The translations under genes and the position numbers were made by a program. From Octopus vulgaris (lineage: Eukaryota), in NCBI GenBank assembly GCA_951406725.2, contig OX597826.1, positions 31,186,001 through 31,250,000 of the forward strand: 64,000 nt of DNA. Direction: 5' to 3'. The notes beneath the pieces were generated by a model. The model searched no databases. It had not been told where the DNA came from and saw only the letters and a program-made list of their open reading frames with translations. This document shows positions 27,583 to 42,066 of this stretch, piece by piece. Numbering within the stretch: position 1 is the stretch's first letter; each line of letters starts with the position of its first letter.

Positions 27583-27831
27583 ATTAGAGAAGAACCACCA
27601 TGTAGCAATTCAACAACGATATAATTAAATCATACCATATAGAAAAACAAATAGAAATACGATCAAACATATACCAATAATTAAGTAAAGTACAAAATAA
27701 TAAACAAGTAGTATATAATTGGTTAAAAGACAACGTGTTTGGTGGCTATATTTTCAAACTGATAATAGTAAAATCAATTCAATTTAAATATAGTCACTCA
27801 TCAGGTCAGAGCATAGGTTCGAAACGTCTTA

Positions 27832-28130
27832 TTGAACTCAGAATGTAACGAACGAGAAGAAATGCAACTAAGCATTTTTGTCCGACGCGCTAACGCTTCT
27901 GCTAACTCACTGACCTTCTCAATAAAATAATATTTTCAACTATAAGCACAAGGCCTGGAGGGAGACAGTCGATCTCATCGACCCCAGTACTCAACTGGTA
28001 CTTGATTTATCGACCCGGAAAGGATGAAAGGCAAAGTTGACCTCGGCGGAATTTGAACTCAAAATGTAAAGACGTGCAAAATACCGCTAAGCATTTTGCT
28101 TCGGGAGTTAACGATTCTGTCAGCTCGCCG
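27832..28130 (-). mobile_element. SINE family B, partial plus full monomer
   Basis: Same family motifs. Confidence 0.82.
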
Positions 28131-28209
28131 CTATAACTTATATGAGAAATATTAACGCTTGTGTCTATATATGTAAATATAAGTATGTATGTGTAAATTG
28201 GTAAAATAT

Positions 28210-28248
<39 letters not shown>

Positions 28249-28254
28249 TTTCAG

Positions 28255-29229
28255 ATCGAAGATATCAAATAATTGCTCCTCGCACATACACAGCCTTCTC
28301 CGGAAAACTGATGCTGAACTACACCATACCTCACGACGAATGTTTGACAAATGCTTACATCGCTCTTTTGGCCATAGAAAAAACGGGAGAGAGTGAAATC
28401 CAAACGTTGAGTGTTGGCTGCAACTCTAGAAGTCGAGAAATCGCCTGTGGAGTAGTCGTCAGCGCCGGTCGCTATGTTTACCGCATCTACTCACAAAGAC
28501 ATGGTAAAGTGTTGGACGAGTTTTACTTTCATGTTCTATGGCCGAAGACCGTTTTAAAACTTCCTCCCAAACAAAATGCTTTTGAAAACAATATAACTGT
28601 ATCAATCGATTCTAAAGCTATTTGTAAATCACGGATTCATACGCACAGCTTACATATAGACTTGATATTTTGGGGTGAAGTACCGAAGTCTAAATTTATC
28701 AAGAACATAAAGCCAGTGCGAATCGCCAGTTTAGACATCGATGATATATCTTTGAATACAACTTATGAGTTTCCTTGTAATAAAACCGAACTTCCTGGGA
28801 AATACCACGCCGAATTACGGTCTTCAAAACGGAAAGGACATGTTCCTGATCAAATAATCGCTAAAAGTTCTAATATGAGTATAACATGGAGTGATAATTA
28901 TAACCTTAATATAGTGGATCGACAAAGTTTGAAATATTACGAAAGTGTTACCATAGAATTTCAACAACCAACATGTTCTGTGGTAACGGACAGAATACGT
29001 ATGTATGCGATGCATCGGAAAGTATCTGGTTCCCTAGCTTCGCCTCTGGAGGCCAAATACTGCGCCGAAAGATTCGCCTTCAGGAATATAAGTAGCGTAT
29101 ATTTTAATTGTAGTCTTTTCGATATATTCGAGAAGGTTGTAGGTTTCTGTTTCGTCTATGAAACTATGACTTCGAAAGGAGCTGTAAGAGAACAGACGAA
29201 ACTTTGTGTGTCGGCAAAGGACAACGCAG
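28255..29229 (+). CDS. THSD1: THSD1-like protein, large ectodomain exon (first coding exon identified; upstream signal-peptide exon not found)
   Basis: 975-nt open exon, acceptor (ttta)n-tttcAG at 28253-28254, donor G|GTGAGT at 29230, phase 1-1. Motifs ACGVVVSAGRY, VLWP, FPC..PGKY, QPTC and FNCSLFD..GFCFVY recall the THSD1 N-terminal ectodomain. The family call is from memory, not a search. Confidence 0.85.
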
Positions 29230-29372
29230 GTGAGTGAATTATTTTCTAAATATAGGTCAACTGAAATGAAATATTGCTGAGTTCTTATGGACAACATAAT
29301 TAGAGACCACGGGTTTCACAAAATAAGAATGGAGAGCTAAATTTTGCTGTGTATAAATTGTCTTTCCAGCTA

Positions 29373-29593
29373 AAATTCAATATTAAGGACAGAGTCTGTT
29401 ATTACGACACATTGTGGGGTAGTAGTCTGTTGATACTTTGGTGGATGGAATAAGCTAGGCCCTGGATGTTCTCCATGATATTATTCTCAGATTCCTCCGG
29501 CGCATATTCAACTCCATCAACCAAAGAATCAAGATATCATCAGACTACTCTACAGTGTGTCCTGACAGACTCCCTTTCCTTGATACTGAATTT
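29373..29593. repeat. Imperfect hairpin of about 220 bp
   Basis: AAATTCAATATTAAGGA..GAGTCTGT..GACACA.TGT..GTAGTCTG.TGATA..TTTGGT.GATGGA pairs with the mirrored right arm. Confidence 0.75.
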
Positions 29594-29611
29594 CGGTTAG
29601 AGACTATCTTA

Positions 29612-29833
29612 TACTTGCTTCAGTCATTAGACTGCAGTCATGCTGGGGCACCGCTTTGAAGAATTTTTAGGCGAATTAATCGACCCCCCAGCTCATTTTT
29701 TAAAACCTGTTACTTATTCTATCGGTCTCTTTTGCCGAACCACTAAGTTACAGGGGCGTAAACACATCAACACCGGTTGTCAAACGGTGTGGTGGGGAAC
29801 AAACGCATACACACACATACACACACACATATA

Positions 29834-29887
<54 letters not shown>

Positions 29888-30062
29888 ATACATACATACA
29901 CATAGTGGGCTTCTTTCAGTTTCCATCTACCAAATCCACTCACAAGGCTTTGGTCATCCCGGGACTAAAGTAGAAGACACTCGGCCAAGGTACCACGCAG
30001 TAAGACAAACCCGGAACCATGTGGTTGGTAAGCAAAATTCCTACTACACAGCAACGCCTGCG
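29612..30062 (-). mobile_element. SINE family A
   Basis: Same head, body and tail as 15031-15420. Confidence 0.85.
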
Positions 30063-31288
30063 GAAACAAAGTTTAAAACCTCCATTCTTATTCTGTGAAA
30101 TATAAAAATTTCCCTGTAACCTATTTAATTTGAAAGCTTTTCCCTTCAATAGTCTAAATTTCCAATTATCTTTTTCTTAAAAAAAATATGGCTGCCAATA
30201 AAACATCTAATATCACTATAGTAAAGCTTTCAAAACATCTTCATTAATCAACTAAGAACAATTATTAATTAACTCTTTTGTTATTCTTTTATAATGAAAA
30301 TGATATTTAGACATTGTAAGCACTAATTTGCGACAGAAAATAACCTGCAGACGTACTCTCGGTGATTGGTTCGTTGTTATTTTAATTATCAAATTACAGT
30401 AATTAATGACTTTAATAATTATCTCTCTATTGTCTCCAACATGGATTTAAAATTACATTTATCAATGTCCTGAAGAGCAAATATCTGAGAATAGTGTCTG
30501 CGTGTTGGGAAATTATAAATAGATTGAATATAGTAGAGAGTTTCTGAGGATTTCTCTTGAAATATTAAGAGCATAAACGTACATTGTGTGTGGTGGGGTG
30601 CATTTAAGTTTTATATGTTTGGTGGGGGCGATGTGTGTATGTTTTAATTACTTAGTCTTCTCAAAACCATTGGTCTTCCTCCTGCCAACTGGACGACTGC
30701 CACCGTCTTTAGCTAGAAGCTCACCTTGACGCCGTTGACGGAGATAACTCTGTATCTTCACAGACCTGAATGGTTCGCCTCTTAGGTTTTCTACCTTGTA
30801 GCTAAGGGTTTGGAAAACTCTTGATCAAACGCCAGAACTACTTCGTTATTTTGTGGCTTTAATAACATAATACACAAGCGAAATATTTCATTATTTTTCT
30901 TCTGGTTACTTCTTTAATTATGAAGTTTATCTACGCCTATCTAAAAATGACTCCCTCGCTAAAAACCTCAAACACCACATTTGAAAATCTTCAAGTCTGT
31001 GTGCAGGGTTAGAATATCGAGAATGGTACTTCTGGAAAGAAAGGTTCCTTAATATCGTGGCGCCTACTAGGAATAAAAGTGGGGGTTAGAGGTAGGCGAG
31101 GTTTTACCGATCCAGCGATGCAGTATGAGAAGCAAAGTCCATCCAAGAACTATTTTAACTCAGAACGCAAACGTCCGAAACTGTTTCACTACTAAAAAAA
31201 TTTTTTGTTTGGTGACACGTCTAATCATTGTGAGAATTGATCCTGGAGTATTTCTGATACTATATCTACTTCATATTTAGTAGAGCGA

Positions 31289-31682
31289 AAGTATCTATAA
31301 ACTAGTGGCTATGGATGGGAGTGGGGTCCACCAGAATAAAATCACTATTAAAGGGGTTCATAGATTAAAAATGGTTGAGAACTACCACGTTAAAAAGTGA
31401 AGAGCCGAAGGATGTCTATGTCTGCTCGCAACTCCACAGGCGCCTGAAACAACTAACGAAAGCATTGTACATACTGCCAGATTATAATAACCTGAGAATG
31501 ACGACTATGTTTATAAAAACCCTTTCTACTAATGGGCACAAGGCCTGAAATTTTGTAGGGAAGGATTAAGTCGATTACATCAACCCAGTGCTCAACTGGT
31601 ACTATTTCATTGACCCCACCCGAAGTCGACCTCGATGGAACTTAAATTCAAAATATGAAGACAGACAAAAAAAACTATTTCT
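31289..31682 (+). repeat. Local duplicate of 34638-35032
   Basis: About 395 bp near-identical, including the hAT end, unique flank and SINE part. Confidence 0.92.
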
Positions 31683-32718
31683 GATGTCTGATGATGAGCT
31701 ATGTCTCATGCGGCCCACTTATCGAAGAAGGCTACCCATGCTTGTTCTACAAAGTTGCCAGACCTGCTAGAAATACTCTCCAAAATCTTGTTCATATCAC
31801 GTCCATTCTTCGTTTTATTTAGACAGCGTATATAGAATTTCATTAACTTATGTCCTTTTATTATTTTTAAGGCGTTTAAATGTGGTTTAAATATTTGGCT
31901 GCTGTTTCAAGTATGTAGAATGACCACGTACAGGCCCCCTGTGGGCTCGTAAATTATGTCGTCTGCGCCGTATATACATCGTATGTAACATTATGTCGCT
32001 TGTTATGCGACGTTACCCTTGTAGCCTGCACTGTATGTGTGCTGTCAGCGGTATTATGTATGTGTCGTATGCACCATATCTATGTCGCCTGCTATGTTGC
32101 TAGCATGTTCAGGGAAATACCAGCAGAGATTTTGAAAGAAAGTACAGGAGAAAATCAAATCAAATTCGTTGATATTAATTCTAATAATAAAATAAATAGC
32201 AGTCTTCGGTATTTCGACAGAATTTTTTTCCTGGTATTCTTTCTTGTGTTGCATTATTGACTCTCGTAAGAAAGGAATAACGAGGAATTGATTCGTTCGC
32301 TAATTCCCACGACATGGGTATCGATTCTATCGAAAGAAATTAGTTACGCCTTTCGTGGTAGCAATAAAGTACGAAAGACAACGGGATCGAATAATAACGG
32401 CAGTGCATGAGACAACTCATGCGTGAATTTATATTCCCTAATTGTCTGACGCATACTTTTTCTTCACAAATGCATACGCACGCACACACATACTCACAAG
32501 TAAAAGTATTCGTCCCTATGGACATTACACCATGGCACGCATAAAATTGCACATATACATTGTTACATACATCCACTTACCTTCACGCATACAAACACAC
32601 GTTATATACACTTCCTGACGAATATATATATAAATGGACATACATACATAAGCTCGCAAAAATATACATATTCCTCAATTTTCTCTTTCCTTCTACCCCC
32701 TCTCTCTCCTTCCCTCTC

Positions 32719-32761
<43 letters not shown>

Positions 32762-33113
32762 ACACACACACATACACACTCTCACTATCTCATACCTACA
32801 TTCAAACTCATACCCATGCAAAGTACATGAAAATACACAAATGCATACGTTTACGTGTGTATATTGTACACACATATATATGTGCTTGTACAACACACAT
32901 ATACATATATATATATATATATATATAGCTGTGTGTGTACATACAGACATACACACACACAAATGTCCCCCATTAAACTACAGCATACTAGTTGTGTGTA
33001 CCACTCTTATAATTCCAGGAGTGACAGCTTGTATTTCTCTGCCTTACAAAATTTGGAAGAAGTGCCAATGTTAGTAGTTATAATCAGACATAGACACACG
33101 TATCCACCCACCC

Positions 33114-33165
<52 letters not shown>

Positions 33166-33359
33166 CCTTTCTTTCCTTCCCTCTCGTTCCACCCTCCTCC
33201 ATTAACTCTGGCCACACGACAATAATACTGACACACATCTAATATACGTAGTTTTGTATAGCTTTTATCAATGGAGGCCCAATTGAATTAGGTCCACCGT
33301 CTGCTTTCTTGGAAATGGAAATAAGTTTCATCGGAGTTCTGATTGGTCAATACATCGCT

Positions 33360-33414
33360 TATATATATATACACACACAATACATACATATATACATACA
33401 TACATATATGTATA

Positions 33415-33470
<56 letters not shown>

Positions 33471-33551
33471 TATATATATACACACACACACACATATATA
33501 TATATACACACACACACACACATATATATATACACACACATATATATATAT

Positions 33552-33584
<33 letters not shown>

Positions 33585-33736
33585 CACACATATATATATA
33601 TATATACATACACAAACATATATATATACATACACACACACATATATATATACATACACACACATATACATATACACACATATATATATATGTATACACA
33701 TATATATATATATATACATATATATGTATACACATA

Positions 33737-33768
<32 letters not shown>

Positions 33769-33920
33769 CACATATATACATATATATACATATACATACA
33801 TATATATACATATATACATACATATATACACATATATACATACATGTATATATTTATATATATATATATATAAACATATATATATATATATATATATAAA
33901 CATATATATATATATATATA
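33360..33920. repeat. Compound TA/CA microsatellite
   Basis: Seen directly. Confidence 0.93.
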
Positions 33921-34352
33921 ACTGAGGTGTGTGTATGTATGCTGATATATGTATGCCTATACATCTATATATGTATGCATGTTTGCATATATGTATGCAT
34001 GCACGTATTGTTGCATATGTAGCTATACGACTCATACACAATTCTTTAATGTAGCATATATATTTATTTAGTTTCATCGTGAAAGTAGGCACCTCCTTGA
34101 TAAAAGCACGAAGCTAATATAATATAATGCACTAATTCAATACTAATGTGAACACGCATCGGTTAGGTATGTTGAGCTCCCGATCCTGATTAAACAGTCG
34201 CAAGTTCGATTCCTGAATTGGGTGGCATGTTATGTCTTCGCTTTATTTCCCGTTGCTCAAGTCCACTAGGTTGAAAATTAGCATCAACCTAACGCTGGTA
34301 TGGCCCTCTCTCTCACCAGCTATTACAACCTCGAAGTGCCATTACGTTAAAC

Positions 34353-34736
34353 CAGTGGTTCCTCAGCCAAAAATCCATGAGACCCCTGGGGGGGTCCACA
34401 TAAGAATTTTACGGGTCCATACAAGCAAAGTATCTAGTAAATTGAGAATCCACTGTAATATTAAAAAGGTTGCATGAAAAAATTTTGCTTTAGATATATT
34501 TATTGTGAGAAACAACTTGGCTTCTTACCCTGCATAATACAACATGTTTCTGGTCACTGAAACATGTTCTCACAGAGAGTGTTGCTACAAAGCTATAATA
34601 GTGAACGTGTGAAAAAACAATTTAGGAATCTTGAAAGAAGTATCTATAAACTAGTGGCTACGGATGGGAGTAGGGTCCACCAGAATAAAGTCGCTATCAA
34701 AGGGGTTCATAGATTAAAAATGGTTGAGAACTACCA
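34353..34736. mobile_element. hAT-type MITE
   Basis: CAGTGGTTCCTCAGCC.. / ..GGTTGAGAACTACCA ends; 8-bp TSD CGTTAAAC / CGTTAAAA (7 of 8 match). Confidence 0.75.
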
Positions 34737-34869
34737 CGTTAAAAAGTGAAGAGCCGAAGGATGTCTGTGTCTGCTCGCAACTCCACAGGCGCCTGAAACA
34801 ACTAACGAAAGCATTGTACATACTGCCAGATTATAATAACTTGAGAATGACGACTATGTTTATAATAAC

Positions 34870-35275
34870 CTTTTCTACTAATGGGCACAAAGCCTGAAAT
34901 TTTGTAGGGAAGGATTAAGTCGATTACATCGACCCCAGAGCTCAACTGGTACTATTTCATTGACCCCACCCGAAGTCGACCTCGATGGAACTTAAATTCA
35001 AAATATGAAGACAGACAAAAAAAAACTATTTCTTTACTACCCACAAGGGGCTAAACACAGAGGGGACAAACAAGGACAGACACACGGATTAAGTCGATTA
35101 CATCAACCCCAGTACTCAACTGGTACTTAATTTATCGACCCCGAAAGGATGAAAGGCAAAGTCGACCTCGGCGGAATTTGAACTCAGAACGTAGCGGCAG
35201 ACGAAATACCGCAAAGCATTTCGCCCGGCATGCTAACGTTTCTGCCATCTCGCCGCCTTAGTAGTAGTAGTAGTG

Positions 35276-35338
<63 letters not shown>

Positions 35339-35470
35339 ATTTCTACTCTAGGCACAAGGTACGAAATCTTGGGAGAGGAGGCCAGTCGATTAGATCGACT
35401 CCAGTACGCAACTGGTACTTAATTTATTGGCCCCGAAAGGATGAAAGGCAAAGTCGACCTCGGCAGAGTT
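34870..35470 (-). mobile_element. SINE family B duplicated form, (TAG)n and a second partial copy
   Basis: Same family motifs. Confidence 0.85.
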
Positions 35471-36148
35471 AGAATCAAAATGGACGAAATTAAGATGGAA
35501 ATCTTCTGTAGCTTCCGATTTATTTCCTAAATATTTTTGTAGGTATGATTACATGGTTAATAAACTCGCTTTTCTGCCGCGTGGCTTCATGTTCAGTCCC
35601 ACAACGCGGCACCTTGGGCAAGTGTCTTCAACTATAGACTCAGGCCAACCAATGATTTCTGAGCGAATTCAGTAGACAGAAATTGTGCGGAAGTCCGTCG
35701 TATATATATATGCGTATATTACATACATATAAGAGGGATGACCACTAAGTGGACATCCAATATGCGAGATGTAGATCCCATATGGTCTTACCGCTAAGAA
35801 AAGATTGTTCTCACGAAAATTCAGCAAACACCAGAACGTAAGCGAGCAAGACAAATGAAAAGATACAAAATATAATGATTAGTCACATACCAAACTTCAT
35901 TGTTACCATTTAGGTACGTAAATGTCTGCAATTCATCAGTGTGACCGTCAAAGCAAATATAATTTGCAGAACCATACACGAGACGTCCATACGAGATAGA
36001 ACATGCATATAGTTTTGCGAATTATATTTGGGGGTATATTTCAAAAGTCTTCGTTTTGGCGCGCCAAACCCTTCAGATTTTTTCAATATGCTAGGCCACT
36101 GGTTTTAAATTGATATTGATCATATAAATATTCAATTTTTTACCCTTA

Positions 36149-36207
<59 letters not shown>

Positions 36208-36719
36208 CGTGTGTGTGTATATGTGTGTTTGTATCGCCTAGCAAATTATTTTATTTGCTAAAATAAATCAGAAACCATGGTCCAGGAAATAGATGGTAAA
36301 TGTTTTTATTTTTCATTCCCTTCGAGAATTTATCCCTAATTAGTGGTTTTGGACTTTAGCTGTTCTTTCTAGCGTAAGGGATTCCTATGATGGAAACTTC
36401 TTAATGTGTTTAAACGTGCACTGTATTTTATATATATTATACACACGTATATATACACACACATATATACACACACACACATATATATATAGGAAAGCCT
36501 TCTTTTTTTTCTGTCTAAGGCTTATCATGATGATCGCCATAAGCTTTAAGCTTATATAAAAATACCATTATTATTATTTACAGGATTGTAAAAACGGCGC
36601 CGTATAAAAAAACCATTCGTGCCGAAAGCATATATATATATATATATGCACACGCATATATATACATATATGTATGTACATCTGTGTGTGTATCTATGTG
36701 TATCTTTGTGTCTACGTGT

Positions 36720-37320
36720 GTCCCTCCCCCACCTCACCGCTTGGCGCTGTTAGTTTGTATCGTCCCTGTAACCTAGAAGTTCAGCAAAAGACACCGATGG
36801 AACAAGCACCAGACTAAAAAAAAAAAATATGTACTGGGCTTGATTTCTGCGGCTAAAACTCTTCAAGGCGTTGCCCCATCATGGCCGAAATCCAGTAACT
36901 GAAACACATGAAATATCAAATACTGTTTAAAAGGCGCCAGTGTATCGTTCTGCATAACTCACACACACACGTAGAATCATACAAACCATGTGGTCTTGGG
37001 TTCAAACCCACTACTTGTCACCTCGAGCAATTGGTATCTACTATAGCCCCGAGTCGACCACTTGAGTGGATTTGGAAGACGGAAACTGAAATCCCGTGTG
37101 TGTATTCGTGTTATGCTTGTCCCTGGTCCCACTGCTTGGCAACCGGGGTTGGTCTGTTTAAGTACCCGTAACTTAGCTTTTCAACATACTACACTGATAG
37201 AACAAGTACTAGGCGATACAAAAAATACATTAGTAGGGTCAAAGTGTTCGACTGAAACTCTCCAATGTGGTGTTCAAGCATGACCGTGATCCATTGACTG
37301 AAACAAGTAAAACATAAAAG
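36720..37320 (+). mobile_element. Two adjacent diverged SINE family A copies
   Basis: A 3' half at 36720-36910 and a near-complete copy at 36985-37320. Confidence 0.7.
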
Positions 37321-37607
37321 AAGATAAGAGAGATGACGTTGCATCGTTCAGAGTAAACCATACACACGTAAAATCATAGAAACAAACATTGTTTGATATA
37401 TATATATATATATATATGGGAACGATGATTTTCCCTCGCAAATACTAATCGGATACAGTGTGTCGTTAGCCAGCTGTAGGAGATGTCCTTCTGGGGCTAA
37501 AAACAACAGTAGCATCGTCCTCTATGGGACCGCCACATCTAGTTGGCAATTATATTCTACGATTCCGTACTGCTGCTGTTTACTTCTCGCTCGGAGATTT
37601 AATAGTG

Positions 37608-37646
<39 letters not shown>

Positions 37647-39450
37647 CCCAAAAGTGGAACATGAACGCAACAGACGATAATAAAACAACCGGACAGATAG
37701 ACGATACAAAGACAGACAGAAAAAAACAAGGACGGGTCATTCGCAGCCTTCTCTCATCAGTCATGTTTCCAGATCATCCTTACGGTTTCGGCCGGTTATG
37801 GTATATACATACAGATTTATAATCACAATGATTTCGTTTTAGCAATCTTAAATAGAAAATACTTTCAAGACAACGAAGAAGAAAAACTTACAAAATTAGT
37901 ATAAATACATGCATTTATTTCATTATTTTTATGTGTCTACAAGTAAATATTGTACAATTGTATGTAACAAATATTAACGATTGTCTCTTGTCTCGATTTT
38001 TTGCAGTACTAACATTTTAAATATATCTTTTTCTTTCGCAAAAACTTATTTCATAATAAATAAATAAATAATATTACTTGTGTTTTTTTCTCTCTTCCTC
38101 TTCTTCTTTCCTCTACTTCTCTGGCGGGAAAAAATGCTTGGTGAGTGGACATTTTGACTAAGTATTTTCGCAAAAAATCTACCGCACATCGTTCATATAT
38201 CCTGATATTATGACATCTATATATCTATATCAAAAGGAATTGTACGAGCTGAAATGAATTCTTTATTTCTTTACGTATTTGCATATTTATTACTTTGGCT
38301 AAATGTTTTTATGCTTTAGTACAACTCCACATCTGCATGAACGCTGCTTTGCTGTTCACGTGATCACTGCCGCTGGCTTTTTTCAGCATATACACCAACA
38401 TCTAGCATGTGAGCACTTTTTATCCCCCTCTTTTCTTTGCTATTTGTCTATTTATTTCTTTGTTTAAAAAATCACAGAAATTTGCCAGTAGCCTGAAGGA
38501 AAAGAAATACTTTTATTTCTTCTTTATTTATCTGTAAAATAAAGAAACCACAAGAATTGCTTTACAATAAGGTTTATCAAAATACCATTTGCTCGACGCG
38601 ATACTTTTTGTATAAATTTGTGTATAACTTCAACCTTTTAATTAAAAAAATATAATAAAACAGATTAATTGAGAGGAAATGGATTGTAATAACTTTTCTG
38701 TAAATTTTATGTACTTTCTTAAAAGTATGGTGTATATAATTTTAAAGCTTTTCATAAAGAACGCGTTGAAAAAAAAAACAATCATGAAAGAATTATCTCC
38801 CTTATCTACATTTAATCGAGTAGAGTTTCCCAGCGTTTTTAGTCATGGAGAATTCTCGAAACTCATTCCATGTTTCACGGAAACCCTACATAAAAATCAT
38901 TATATATCTTTACATTCTTTTTTCTTTCTCTTTCATAAAGTTGAATTTTATGTGATTAAACAAATCCTAAAACTGTCTTTAAAACTGTCTCGCAGTCTAA
39001 ATTCATTAGACGCTATAAAAAAGGTTTAAGAAATTTCATCTTAACTAAAACCAATTATGTACCAAATCCCCTTATAATCAGTGTTGTCCTAAAGCATGAT
39101 CATAGTGAGCCGTTTCCCGGAATCCCCTCGAGTGTAAGGGTCCAGAGTGATTCTATATATGATGTAGTTGGCTGTCACGAAATAAATATTATAAGACCCT
39201 ATGCTTAACTTTACCCAAGAGCCTATAATATTGTTAAAATAGTCCTGCCTTTAAGTCCCTATTAAAACTGTTTTTACCTTAAGGTCCTCTTACTAGCTTC
39301 AGATAACAGGGCTCTCTTTGCGCTTGCAAACAGTCTGAAGAAGGGGCTGCGCATCGTTGAAGCTTCCGAGTATAAGGTCGTGGAATCGGTTTAAACAAAC
39401 TTCTGCACTCTTCGTTTGTATTGAGTGCTCCTCCGGATAATTACCCAAGT

Positions 39451-39778
39451 GAAGGCGCATGGTTTAGTGGTTAGGGCATTTGGTTCACAATCCTAAGGTC
39501 GTCAGTTCAATTTCCGGTGATGCGTTTTGTCCTTGAGCAAGACACTTTATTTCACGTTGCTCCAGTCCACTCAGCTGGCAAAAATGAGTAGTACTTGTAT
39601 TTCAAAGAGGTCAGCGTTGTCACACTCTGTTTCACGCTGAATCTCCCCAAGAACTACGTTAAGGGTACACATGTCTGTGGAGTGCTCAGCCACTTACACG
39701 TTAATTTCACGAGCAAGCTGTTCCGTTGATCGTATCAGTTGGAACCCTCGTCGTCGTAACCGATGGAGTGCTCCTATG
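39451..39778 (+). mobile_element. SINE family D with alternative tail
   Basis: GAAGGCGCATGGTTTAGTGG head, CORE-like block, distinct 3' part. Confidence 0.8.
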
Positions 39779-39783
39779 AATAA

Positions 39784-39832
<49 letters not shown>

Positions 39833-40724
39833 AATATAAAAAATGTTAATTATGATATATCGATTACAATTTTACTATAATGATGTTTCAGTTGCGTATA
39901 TCGAGCTTCTGTATGTGTGTGTGACCCCCAACACCGTTTGACAACCGGTGTTTTCGTTCTTTTAGCGGTTTGACAAAAGAGATCGATAGTTTAAAATAAG
40001 TTGAGTCGTCTTAACATTATCACCAGGCCCTTAGGTCCTTTAGCGGTGTCCACCCGATTTAATATCACCACCAGGCCCTTGAGGGACTTCAACCGAGTAC
40101 ACTCAACTTAAAACGACCAACTTCAACAAAGTTCTCTCAGTTTAATACCCCTACCAGACCCTTAGATCTCCATGGTTAACCAGGAGTATGTACATGGTGG
40201 GATTTCAACCTCTTGTAGGTCACGGCTGGATATGTATTCAGAATCCACATAGCCGAACAAATGCCACAATACATCGCGTCTGGTCACAACCCAGGCCACT
40301 TAACAACAACAGCAGCAGCAACAACAACGACGACAACAAACCATCGTCGGGTAGCGTTAATTTCTTAAAAACCCAGTACTCACCTTAGGGTCTCGTACGG
40401 GGGTGTCACTTCCTGATGCGAAACCCGGCTCCCTTAAAGTAGGTTGCGAAAATCGTTGGTAAGATATTAGTCCTTCCTTTGAAGTGAAAAGGAATAATCA
40501 CATCTTAATGGACCCCGCTGCTTATCAAAAGTCGACTAAGGTGTGCAAACACTAAGCGCTCTAGGGTTAAGACAATTTATTACACGCAACATACAAGCAA
40601 GTAAATCTTATCGCAAAAATCCCGTATTTTATCTCACTCTGACCCTTCTTTTCATCTGTTCCCTAGCATTTGTACTTCCCTTCAAATTCCTTTCTTTGTC
40701 TCTCTCTGTCTCTACTCCCTACAT

Positions 40725-40751
40725 CTGTGTGTGTGTGTACGCGCGCGCGTG

Positions 40752-40782
<31 letters not shown>

Positions 40783-40846
40783 TTATATAAACACATATGT
40801 ATGTGTATATATATATATATATATATATACATATTTATATAAACAC

Positions 40847-40897
<51 letters not shown>

Positions 40898-41257
40898 AAC
40901 ACATATTTATATAAACACATATGTATATATATATATATATATACTCACACATATACATACATATATATATATATATATATGCACACATATACATGCATAT
41001 ATATATACACACACATATACATGCATATATATATATATTTATATACACACATATACATGCATATATATACATTTATATACACACATATACATGCATATAT
41101 ATATATTTATATACACACATATACATGCATATATATATATTTATATACACACATATACATGCATATATATATATATTTATATACACATATACATGCATAT
41201 ATATATATTTATATACATGCATATATATATATATATATACACACACATGTACATGCA

Positions 41258-41320
<63 letters not shown>
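40725..41320. repeat. Compound TA/CA/TG microsatellite
   Basis: Seen directly. Confidence 0.93.
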
Positions 41321-41322
<2 letters not shown>

Positions 41323-41324
41323 TC

Positions 41325-41830
41325 TTGCTGACATGTGAGGCCTGTAGTTTATAGCACCTGCTCTGCTTCCTCGTTTATGGACAGGGCAAATTATTCCTTC
41401 TTTTAACATTTGAGTAAATGTACCGCATTCAAGGGAATTCTGGAAAAGCATTTGCAGTGGTTTTGCAAATGGTTTCTAGCATGTTTTTAACAGAAGTGCT
41501 GGGAGTCCACCTGAGCCAGTCGCAGAGTTTGGGTTTCACTAGTCAATGGCTGACAATGCATCCTCTTCTGCAATCTCATTGTAATTGATGGTCGCCTTCT
41601 TCTCCTGTAGGTTTGAGGTATTGAAGAACTCATCAGGTCTGCTTATTTTCACGTCTTCTAGTGGTGAGGTGAAAACTCTTTGGAATTGTTTATTGAGAGC
41701 TTCACTTATCTTCTTGAGGTTTGCAGTCAATGAGCACATTTCATCACATATAAGTGATTGTTCTAGCATGTTTGGAAGAGGAAGTGATTTCCATAACTCG
41801 TGCATTTAATTTATCTTGTGTAGTATTTAG
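41325..41830 (-). mobile_element. CR1/L2-group LINE reverse transcriptase N-terminal fragment
   Basis: EALNKQFQRVFT..NSATGSGGLPALLLKTC..KPLQMLFQNSL..KEGIICPVHKRGSR..NYRP, with stops. Confidence 0.8.
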
Positions 41831-41990
41831 CATACTCTTGTTCTTCTTGTATACATGTGTGTGTGTGTGGATAGATAGATAGATAGATAGATAGATAACT
41901 TTCTTTATTGGCCACACAGGCCTGAAATACAGAGGGGACAAATACAAATGTAGAGCTTTTCTTTTCGAAGATGGAAAAAGAAAAAAGGAA

Positions 41991-42066
<76 letters not shown>

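Noticed and set aside
28311-28313. ATG of the 308-aa ORF as the true start
   Set aside because: The frame is open upstream to a good acceptor at 28254 and no signal peptide follows this Met.
31681-31715. CTGATGA hammerhead-like box
   Set aside because: No GAAA follows the short stem.
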